A stretch of DNA of 64,000 bases, taken from Eledone cirrhosa. Lineage: Eukaryota. The stretch lies in NCBI GenBank assembly GCA_964016885.1, contig OZ024741.1, forward strand, positions 373,054,001 through 373,118,000. The letters are read 5' to 3'. The translations under genes and the position numbers were made by a program. Below are positions 53,340-64,000 of the stretch, one piece after another. The notes under the pieces are model-generated. The model had not been told where the DNA came from and did not search any database. It worked only from the letters and a program-made list of their open reading frames with translations. How positions within the stretch are numbered: position 1 is the stretch's first letter; the number at the start of each line of letters is the position of its first letter.

Positions 53340-54500
53340 ATTTTATAGTGTTATCCTTGCCCACCAGAAGAAGGTAGTTGATGAGCATCTATGAGAATAA
53401 CAGTTTGGATTCAGGAGTAGAAGGTCATGCAGCAAATAAATCCCCATGCTATGTAACATTATTGAGCTGAGTTACAAGTTCCGGGAGCCAGTTGTGGTCA
53501 ACATCAATAACTTCAAGAAGGCCTTCAACAATGTGTTCACACTGTATTGTGTGCTTACTTGCTACATCAACAGAATGCAGTCACTTTACCAGATGACACA
53601 CTGCTGCATCAAAACCAAAGATGGAAATACGGAGAGTTTCTATAACATCACAGAGATGCACCAGGGATTATACTGTACAATTTATTATTCCTGTTGGTGA
53701 GTGATGGATTTCATTGTCAGGAAGGTCATGGGGGACCCAGTATATGACCTCAAATGGGAACAAGAAAGATTCACAGACCTTGACTTCACCAAAAATATGG
53801 GATTCCTTAATACTGCTACTACTATAATGCAAGACAAAACCCCCCAGTTTAGCAACAGCAGCTTGAAGATTGGTCTAAAGATTAGCATTGAAAAGATCAG
53901 TGATGCTTATTGGGGAGGTACAACAGCAACCAGTTCAGTTGGGTGGCCAGATTCTAGAAAATGTTGACACCTTCATTTACCTGAGCAGTATTTTCTCTAA
54001 AGATGGCAACACAAGAACTAATGTAGAAAAGAGACTCAGCAAAGCTGCAGCTATCTTTTGTGCCTGAAACTGATATATTCCAATCCTGCCATTAACCAAA
54101 GCACAAAGTCCACCTCTATATGTCAATTGCTGTGCCAATGGTGACATGTTTGTGAGACATGGAAAAAGACCTGTAGACTCTACAGAACTGCTGATTTATT
54201 CCATAGATATTGCCTTATGACCATACTTAGGTTTCCTTGGCATGACCACATCACAAATGAGGATGTCACCAAAGTGGCTACTGGCTGAGTAATCTGTGGA
54301 ACACCATCCATGTACAACAGTGGAAGATGCTCAGTAAATTGTTATTCATGTCTACAGTCAATTGTTATTCATGTTTACAGAAAGACCATTGAGTGCTTCT
54401 CTAGAATGGAAATTTATCCAAAGGAGGGCATAGGAAACAAGACATGAGCTTCACCTGGAACCAAACTTGTGATAAGGCTTGCAACTGAGCAGAATGGTGA
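53340..54500 (+). mobile_element. Old, heavily decayed RTE-like LINE RT region
   Basis: QFGFRSRRSC..IPMLCNIIE...PVVVNINNFKKAFNNV, MHQG, DLDF, LKIGLKIS, FIYLSS, CETW, WHDHITNE in the expected order. Confidence 0.8.
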
Positions 54501-55311
54501 TCTTTCATTACCCAATACTCCATAGCAAGCAAAAAGAACTGAAGAAGAAGTCTTTCTCAATCAAATGGAACTGCACAATAGGAGAGATTCATATTCAGAG
54601 TTTACACTCTCCCAGACAGGTTGCTCTCACCATAGCTAAGGAGCTTTATTTACCCATCCTCAAGATAGTTGTTCTCACAAGAATTAGGAACATATCTCTC
54701 AAAGTAGTCTTTCAGCATGCTTGTTCACTATCTCCAGTATTTCTATCCCTGCACAATATTGTAAGTTACTCTTGTCCTTTAGTCAAATCTTGTTTCTGCT
54801 CTAGTCTTACTAGAGTTCAAGCAACACTCCTCACCATGTCAGACTGGTGTGTTGTGTGTGTGTGTCATTTATTTTTCACAATAAGTTTGCATTTTCCTTG
54901 TACTATTGAAGGGAAATAACTCATTTCTACCATCTAAGAGTAATACAGCCAAATGGAAATGGGAAATCTTTGCCAAAAGTTCACAACTGAAAACATTCAG
55001 ATGATTAAAGACAGTGGCCTGATGAACATCTAAAAGACAGGAAACTACAAGTTACCGTAATGAAAAAATCTGTATTAGCACCCAGCACACTGTAAAGTGG
55101 TCATGTAGCAGTCATGACAAAAGCACCCAGTCTACACTGTAAATGTGGGTGGCATTAGGAAGGGCATTGAGCCATAGAAACCTAGCCAGAAACAGTTCTC
55201 TGACACAACTTGCCTCTAATGGGACAACTCGTCTAACCAATGCTATCGTGGAAAATGGACGTTAAACAATGATGATGATTATATATATATATATACATAC
55301 ATACATATATA

Positions 55312-55980
<669 letters not shown>

Positions 55981-56243
55981 TTCCATGCTAGCATGGGTTA
56001 GACGGGTTGTCCTGTTGTGGGCAGTGTCTGGTCGGCTGACCATGCCTTGCTCATACAGGAACTGATTTGGCTTGATTTCTACAGCTGGATGACCTTCCTA
56101 ACACCAACTTCATTTACAGTGAGTGGTGGGTGCTTTTTCGTGGCGCCTACACGTCCAGTTTACAGTGTGGGCTGGGTGCTTTTTTGCCGTGGCACCTCCA
56201 CGACCACCTTGTGGTGGGGGGTGTGGGGGCATATTATATATAT

Positions 56244-56274
<31 letters not shown>

Positions 56275-56582
56275 CACGGGTTCAATCGGGGGTAACCACA
56301 GTAAGTAAGTTCAATACATAGCAGAGTATAAATATTTAATATATATTTGTTTTGAAAAGTTTTTTTATATGAAATCATGTGTTGAAACATATATTGTTAT
56401 ATTTGGGGAGGTTTATGTTGTTCTAATATTGCCAAAAATAGTAAAACACACTCGCTGTTTGGTTTGGTTTTCACTTCAGTTTCAGTTTATATTTTTTTAT
56501 ATTTCTATAAATAATTTAACTGGCAATCCATGTTTATCATTGACTGACCAACAATTAAGAATATAAATATACATATAAGTTC

Positions 56583-56626
56583 TCAAAGTTCTTTCATCAC
56601 ATATTTTCCTGTGGCATCTTCAGTGA
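56583..56626 (-). ncRNA. Decayed hammerhead motif in a diverged family A pLTR (about 56345-56665)
   Basis: Minus strand TCA-CTGAAGA-T-GCCACA(GGAAAATA)TGTGAT-GAAA-GAAC-TT-TGA. Confidence 0.6.
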
Positions 56627-57003
56627 TTATCATTGTGTTTCCTCCCGTTATGTTTCTATAGTGTTTATATATATATATATCATCATCATCATCGTTTTAC
56701 ATCCGTTCTTCCATGTTAGCATAGGTTAGATGGGTTGTCCTGTTGTGGGCAGTGTCCGGTCGGCTGACCTTGTCTTGCTCATACGGGAAGTGATTCTGGC
56801 TTGATTTCTACAGCTGGATGCCCTTCCTAACACCAACCTCATTTACAGTGAGTGCTGGGTGCCTTTTTTTCTGTGGCGCCTACACATCCACTTTACAGTG
56901 GAATGATAGGGACCCCAGTCCTATCATCTCATTTCTACAGCTGAGTAAACTGAAGCAATGTGAAATAAAGTGTCTTGCTCAAGGAAACAACACACACACA
57001 CAC

Positions 57004-57047
<44 letters not shown>

Positions 57048-58019
57048 ACCAAAACTGTCAACTGTCTTAACTGGAACTTAAACAAATGTACACCAATGCT
57101 ATTCACAAACTCAAGCAAATAAAAAATCACCTGAGGCTTGTAAGTGGGGGAACTCATTACACACAGTATCAAAGTGTGAGGTACATGTATATGTGTGTGT
57201 GTATATATATATGTGTGTGAATAAATGTTTGTGTGTGTATGTATGTATGTGTGCATGAATGTATGTGTGTGTGTATATACATATGTATGCATTTTGTATG
57301 TATATATGTGTGCATGAATGTATGTATGCAAGAATGTATGTGTGTAAGTATGTATATACATGTCCATGAATGTATGTATATATGTATATGCATGTGTTTG
57401 AATATATGAATGTGTATGTATATATGTGTGCATGAATGTATGTATGTGTAAGCATGTGTTTCCCTTTTCTAAGTTATTTCACTGGTGGGTGTTGTTGGTA
57501 GGCATAGAATAAAGGATAAAAGGCAAAGGTGACATATAGCTATTTTATTTAGCTGACAAGCTGAAGCAAAAGTATAATAATTGCAATTTTAGAAAGTATC
57601 TTAGCTTACTGTAAGTAGCTACAACACAGGTTTGACTATTGAATAGTCAATGACAGTGGGAGTTCTGTTCTTCCATGTCCAGACCTGGTGTGCAGCGTCA
57701 GCTGTCCATAGGGTGGTAGTGATTTCATACATTGAACTTTATCTACCGTATTTTTGTTATATATAGTATCCAATTCTCCCTGCACTTATTGAACAGCAGT
57801 AGCCCAACATTCTAACATATCTTACTATCAGGATTCTTAATATTGATAAGCCGTCATACAAGTTGAGGACATAAATCGCAAGAGTTGGAAGAAAAGTGGA
57901 CAGAGTCACTTATGGGAATCAAACTCACATCTGCTATATGTCAGATGGTAGCCCTACTATTAGACCAAAGTAAAGCTGACTACTTACTCACTATTTTTAA
58001 GCATTATTGATCAGCCAAG

Positions 58020-58210
58020 GCAGTGGATTGGCAGTATCGTTTGAGCATTAGACACCATGCTTTCCAGCATAGAGTTATGGCTCTTTTATGTTCTGAGTTC
58101 AAATCCGATCGAGGTTAACTTTGCCTTTCATCCTTATGGCATCAATAAAATAAAGTAGCAGTAATGCACTGGGATAATTGCTGGCCTTGTGCCAAAGTAG
58201 AAACAATTAT
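58020..58210 (+). mobile_element. Nin-domain SINE inserted into a foldback element (57960-58400)
   Basis: Family sequence flanked by an ATTATTGATCA direct repeat. Confidence 0.85.
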
Positions 58211-58735
58211 TGATCAACGAGAAGACATAAACAAATACAGAATCATTTTATGAAGTGTAGAGTGAATTTGAATTTTTGGAAGAATATTAGCTTTCAAAAA
58301 TTCAAATTTCCTCGGATAACAATTGTTTATTTGTTTATGTCTACTGGCTGGTCAATATGGCTTAAAAATGGCTGGTAAGTGGTCAGTTTTGCTTTGTGTA
58401 ATGATTATTGAATTTTTTTTTTTAGTGAAGAAAGAAGAAAACAACCTAAAGTGAAACTATTCACATTAGTGTGGAATTGGACTAACATAAAAATATTTAT
58501 ATAACTACCTTCTCTGTATATGCATAAACTGTATCATGAAATCTAAATAAATAAAGTGTTTACACTGACTCACATTCCCAAGCAGTCCCATTTTATCAAT
58601 GCAAAAATACAATCATTCTGAAAAGAATCCAAACCCTGAAACACATCTCCTCTCCCAACTCTTTCTCTCTGTCTGTCTGTCTGTATGTGTGTCTGTGTTA
58701 AATTTAAGTTTAATTGATAATCGATATGTACACAT

Positions 58736-58768
<33 letters not shown>

Positions 58769-58901
58769 GAGAGAGAGAGTTTTGTAGCTTGCTTGAAGCA
58801 TTGTTGAATAGGAAACACAAATATAAATTTTGAAAACCAAAACATTGCGTTATGCATTGTTTTGGTTTTCAAAATTTAAATTTGTGCTTCATATATATAT
58901 A

Positions 58902-59176
58902 TATTGTTATGCTTTGGGAGGGTCATGTTGCCAATAAGAAACACACGCACCAGTTGCTTTCACTTCAATTTATTATAAATTTAAGAATTTATAAATTTCC
59001 GGTTGGTTGGTTCCACAAAACAAGATGGCGTAGGACAGAACAAAGGAGAGGCACAAAAACAAAGAAAAGAATCCCCAGTCACTGAAGAGGTCACAGAATG
59101 TGTGACGAAAGAACTTTGACAATATATGAACAATCGTCTGGTTGTGGAACCAACCAACCAACCGGAAATTTATAAT
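58902..59176. mobile_element. PLE family A pseudo-LTR, inverted plus forward segments
   Basis: 58902-59017 is the reverse complement of about 1465-1594. 59015-59175 is a near-identical forward copy of about 1337-1497. Confidence 0.9.
59078..59120 (+). ncRNA. Minimal hammerhead motif (family A), identical to 1400-1442
   Basis: GTCACTGAAGAGGTCACAGAATGTGTGACGAAAGAACTTTGAC. Confidence 0.75.
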
Positions 59177-59209
59177 TTGGGGGGTGGGTGTATTTTGTTA
59201 GAGATGCCT

Positions 59210-62200
59210 ACTGACTGTAGTAGGTTTTACTTTCTATTTAGGTAAGGCGGGTCTTCTCTATTACTGAGTACCGCCAAAGGTCTCGGTCCAGTGACATTGT
59301 CTTGGAGAGGTGTAAGTGTGTGAGGTCAGAATTTATCAGCTCGTCCCAGGTTTTTCTGGGTCTGCCTACTCCGTAGCTACCGTCTATCTTTATTGCCCTG
59401 CACTTTGTTATACAGCTGTCATCTTTCATGCGCATCATGTGACCATACCAACGTAGCCTTCTCTCGAGTAAACAACATCTGATCCTTCTTATTTCTAATT
59501 TTTTCCTTAGTTCGCATATGCTTTGCCGTTCACGTATGTTACTATTACACATCCAGCGGAGCATGCAAGCTTCGTTCCTCTCTAGTCTGCATATATCCTC
59601 TGCACACAATGCCCAGGTCTCACTGCCATGCAACATTGCTGTTCGTGTGCAGGCATCATACAACCTGCCTTTCATTCATAGGGAGAACCCTTTAGCGGCT
59701 AATAGTGGTATAAGCTCTCTGAACTTTTTCCAACCAGTTCTGACTCTAGCTACTGTACTTTCAGAGCACCCTCCCCCACTGCTGATTTTGTCGCCCAGGT
59801 AACGGAAGCTGTCCACTATTTCTATAGAACCCTCTGCGCAATTGAAAGAGCTAGTATCCTGTGGGCACTTGCTGCTACTTATTGCACCAGAGCACCGGCC
59901 ACATGTAAAATCTATGTTCTTAGTTAGCTTACCTGTGATCCCACTACATCTTTTATGCACTCATACTTTGCATTTGGGACATAAAATAGAGTTTCTACCT
60001 ACGCCTTTCCTATACACTGAGCATGGCCATTTCTCGGAAGGGACCGGCGCCTTATTTTATTTCCTACAAACTAGAACTTTAGTCTTAGCCAGGTTAATTT
60101 TAAGGCCTTTTGATTCTAGGCCGTGCTTCCATGTTTGGAATTTCTTCTCTAGCTCGGCCATTGATTCAGCTATGAGCATTAGATCATCTGCGTATAGGAG
60201 TTCCCATGGGCAGCCGGTCTTGAACTCCTCTGTTATAGCCTGAAGGGCAATAATAAATAGTAGGGGGCTAAGAACAGAGCCCTGATGGACACCAACTTTT
60301 ACGCTAAACTCTTCACTATATTCGTTGTTAATTCTAACCTTGCTGACTGTTTCTTTATACATGGCTTGTATAGCTCTCACAAGCCATTCGTCAACACCTA
60401 GTTTTCTAAGAGCCCACCAGATAATAAAACGGGGGACTCTGTCGAAGGCTTTCTCCAAGTCAACAAAAGCTAAGTATAGGGGTTTACTTTTAGCTAGGTA
60501 CTTCTCCTGTTGTTGTACAATGAAAAGAGCGTCTGGGGTACTTTTGCCTGACACAAACCCGAACTGCATTTCATCTAGATCAATTCTCTCTCTGATTAGT
60601 TGCGCTATTACTTTTTCCGTGACCTTCATGACCTGGTCGATTAATTTAATGCCTCTATAGTTACACCTATCTAGGGCATCTCCTTTACCCTTGTAACAGT
60701 TAATGATGATGCTGCTACGCCAGTCCTTCGGAACAACCCCATTCTGTATGACTTGGTTTACTATCCGGGAGACCATGGTGTGTCCCACCGTTCCAGAGGC
60801 TTTCAGCATCTCAGCAACTATTTCCGAAGGCCCAGCCGCCTTACCCGCCTTCATATCTTTGATTGCCTTACTTATTATACTACCTTCAACTAACACTGCT
60901 GGTCCCTCCATTGGGTCGATGTGGGGGAGACTGTCTTTCTCCCATTTATTCTCCTCATTTAGAAGCCTTTCGTAGTGACTCTTCCAAGCTACCTTCTTAT
61001 CAGCGTCAGTGATGGCAAGTACGCCTTCATCATTAAGTACACACTTCTCCCCGACAATATCACGGTTTTCCTTGACACATTGCCTAGCAATCCTGAACAC
61101 CTCACGTTTTTGGTCCTCGCGTTGTAGAACATGCTTGAACTTTCTTTCCTCTGCTTCCCTTCTTGCGAGGTACACTTGTCTCCTAGCTTCCCTCCTGGCC
61201 ACTTGATAGTCTTCTCTACTTCCCCCATCCCGCCATACTTTCCAAGCCTGCTTTTTGGCCTTAATTGACTCCTCCACCTTACTATTCCACCACCATGTTA
61301 CTCTCCTCCTACCTACAGGCCTGCTCCAGCCACAGACTTCATCTGCCGCCGTCAGGAGGTTTGCTTTCAGGAATTCCCACTGTTCCTCTATATTATACGA
61401 CTCTAATTGCTCTTCCTTACTGTCGAAAGCATCAAGTAATATGCTTTGAAATTTATTTCTGGCTGTGGGGTCCTTTAGCTTCCATATTTTTCTCCTGAGG
61501 ATAGTCCTCTTCTGCTGTCTAGTACGTCTCGTCTTGACTATGAGGTCGCTAATTATCAGTCTATGTTGGGAGGTGCATTCTTCATGGGGGAGGGATTTAG
61601 TGTTAACAACAGACACTCTGTCACGTCTTCTGGTAAGGATATAATCTACCTGGCTTGTGTGTTCCCCCGATCTATAGGTGATCAAGTGATTGTCTCATTT
61701 TTTGAAGTTAGTGTTACAGATAGTTAGGTTATTTGCGTCACAGAATTCCAGGATTCTGGAGCCTTCCTCATTTCTAGTACCAAACCCATAGCCTCCATGG
61801 ATTCCGTCGTAGCCGTCACAATGTTGTCCAACGTGACCATTTAGGTCGCCTGCAATAATTATATAGCCACTGTCGGTTATTTGGGAGGTAGCGAGCATCA
61901 GTGTCTCATAGAATCTGTCTTTTATAGCGCCGGGCAGTCCGGATTGGGGTGCGTACGCAGATATTACTGTCACCGTAGTTCTATTGAGGACAAGTCTTAT
62001 TTTCATTATTCTGTCGTTCACTCTATTTACGTCTATTATCTTATCTGCCCACTTTTCTGCTACCATGATTCCTACTCCACCCAGCCCATTGTCATTTCCC
62101 ACCCAGAAAAGCTTATAGCATCGTTCTTTACCCACGATGAATCTAGCAGACCCGCCCCTCCACCTGGTCTCTTGAATACAACAAACATCGACCTCCTTAC

Positions 62201-62478
62201 GTTCAAGCATTTCTACAACCTCGTTAGAGCGACCCTTTAAGGTGCCTACATTCATGGTACCAACTCAGAAGTTTTGGATTGCGTTTGGAGGGTGGGAGCG
62301 GTGGGGAGTGTGTGTGTGTGTGTGGGGGGGGGGGGGGTTATGTTAGCCATCCGCGGCCGAAACAAGGAGGAGTGCTTGCATTCTCGTCCACAAGGTGAAT
62401 TTGTCTTTATCTTTGGCATTGTCGCTGAGCGTCCAGATTTTTCTCTCTTCAACTCTCCAGAATTCCGTAGTCCGAAAT
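59210..62478 (-). mobile_element. Near-full-length RTE-clade LINE (APE endonuclease + RT), disrupted
   Basis: EN: NVGTLKG..CCIQETRW..SAYAPQ..GDLNGHVG..SQVDYIL..SQHRL. RT: QFGF, FVDLEKAFDRVP, GVHQGSVLSPLLF, YADD, FRYLG. Frameshifts near 62260, 61690 and 60057, in-frame stops at about 59961 and 59676. Confidence 0.96.
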
Positions 62479-62529
62479 ATATATATATATATAAAGGACA
62501 TATGTTCATTCTGTCATTACCACAACAGA

Positions 62530-62611
62530 GGTCTGACGAGCTTTTGATTCCAGAGTCGGGCTAGATTGATACAGATCAAAGCTTGAGCTGATCAATAGTG
62601 AAACGCTCATC
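62530..62611 (+). ncRNA. Candidate hammerhead with greatly extended stem II
   Basis: GGT-CTGACGA-GCTTTTGATT...GATCAATAGT-GAAA-CGC-TC-ATC in a unique insert between two (TA)n tracts. Confidence 0.45.
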
Positions 62612-62867
62612 ACTACTCAATAAACTTAATGAAGACAACAAATCATCCTTTTATTATTATATTTACACTCTGTTTAGTTCTACACCTCTTTACAGACTGG
62701 AAACTATGCATCGAGTGCGCACTAGGGCGAACAGACAGTAACTGCACATTACAGTCCCTAGATATATATATATATATATATATGTATTGATTATGTTTCT
62801 CAGTAAGAAAGCTCCATAAACTTTAGTTCTGAGCATCAATAATACAAGTTTAAATAATACAAGTTTA

Positions 62868-62909
<42 letters not shown>

Positions 62910-63058
62910 TAGATAACAGAGGCCACGAGTTGTTCCTCTCCGACTAAAAACTTTCCCCCTAGGAAAACCCCTAGTTGATGGATGCGAAATCTGAAATATA
63001 GGGACAATTAAATCACTTCCAAGGTAACTCTATCTCGTGTTATTATTTTTACACTCTA

Positions 63059-63250
63059 GGGCGGTAGATTGGCAGTATTGGTAGAGGGTCGGATGCCATG
63101 CTTTGACGCATAGAGTTACGGGCCTTGCCATTTTGAGTTCAAATCCTGCCAAGTTAACTTTGTCTTTCATCCTTACGGGGTCGATAAAATAAAGTACCAG
63201 TAATGCACTGGGTAATTGCTGGCCTTGTGCCAAAAGTAGAAACAATTATT
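63059..63250 (+). mobile_element. Full-length Nin-domain SINE
   Basis: GGGCGGTAGATTGGCAGTATTGGTAGAG...GAGTTCAAATCC...TTTCATCCTTACGGGGTCGATAAAATAAAGTACCAG. Flanked by an ATTATTTTTACACTCT direct repeat (TSD). Confidence 0.92.
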
Positions 63251-64000
63251 TTTACACTCTTTCCTACATCTCATTCTACATTTCCTCTTACATCTCTCTC
63301 ATTACCACCTGATTCTGTTACCCGGAGATTTACCCATCTGTTGAGGCTTCCAAAGCGACCAATTTTATTATTCCACAATGCTTCAAGCAAACTTCAACAC
63401 TCTCTCTTATATACACCCATGGCTCTGGAATACTCAGCTACTTACATGTCATTTTATAAGCAAGCAATTCTATTGATTGTATCAACTGGAGCACTTGCCA
63501 ACAGAAATGAGAGAGGATCAGCAGTAAAGGTGAGCTGTCATGGGCATGTGTGTGTGTATATATATGTATACAGTTCAAAGTGGTCGTGTAGGTGTCATGA
63601 CAAAAAGCGGCCAGCCCACACTGCAAAGTGGACGTGTAGGTGTTACGGCAAAAAGCACTCAGTACAAACTGTAAATGTGGTTGGCACTGAGAAGGGCACC
63701 CAGCCATAGAAACCAAGCCACAATCAATCTGTAAGAACAAGATATAGTCATCTGACCTTGTTTGTTTCACAACAGGACAACTCAGCTAACTCATGCTTAT
63801 GTAGAAAAATGGACATGTGATGATGATGATATATATATATATAATGGCTGCATCTCGATTTTGAGAATTGTCATCCCTTTTACTCATATATGGGTAGCAC
63901 GAACATTATATTTTAGCCCTGCCAAGGTATTAGATACCTTTCTGCATATACTGCAGTAAAAAAAAAGGAAGGCCTTGCATTGGACCAACTCCATTCTGAA

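Noticed and set aside
62335-62478. HDV-like ribozyme at the RTE 5' end (TCCTCC...GG...CTAA on the minus strand)
   Set aside because: Could not build P1 and P2 pairings consistent with the HDV fold.

Overview
AT-rich, repeat-dense eukaryotic DNA. The tRNA-derived CORE-type and Nin-domain SINEs, RTE LINEs and long (TA)n tracts point to an octopod cephalopod (inference). The only host-gene exon I can find is a 177-nt minus-strand exon (24309-24485) encoding the start of UCR1, with the RRES PKA site, of a cAMP phosphodiesterase PDE4/dunce. The rest of the window appears to be two very large introns. They contain a near-full-length but disrupted RTE LINE plus truncated copies, a complete hAT (Buster/Charlie) element with an 8-bp TSD, pogo, mariner, piggyBac-like and hAT MITEs, a non-autonomous Helitron, many SINEs, satellites and an unusual concentration of Penelope-like element (PLE) remnants. 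The most interesting signals are: (i) a decayed Naiad-type PLE with UGA or UGA-derived codons at conserved Cys positions, a candidate fossil of a selenoprotein-encoding retroelement; (ii) at least 7 recognisable minimal type I hammerhead ribozyme motifs, plus 3 weaker variants, in PLE pseudo-LTRs; (iii) palindromes that appear to pivot on hammerhead stem II; (iv) a C4HC3 PHD-like finger inserted inside the RTE reverse transcriptase. All calls were made by eye without database searches; boundaries of decayed elements are approximate.
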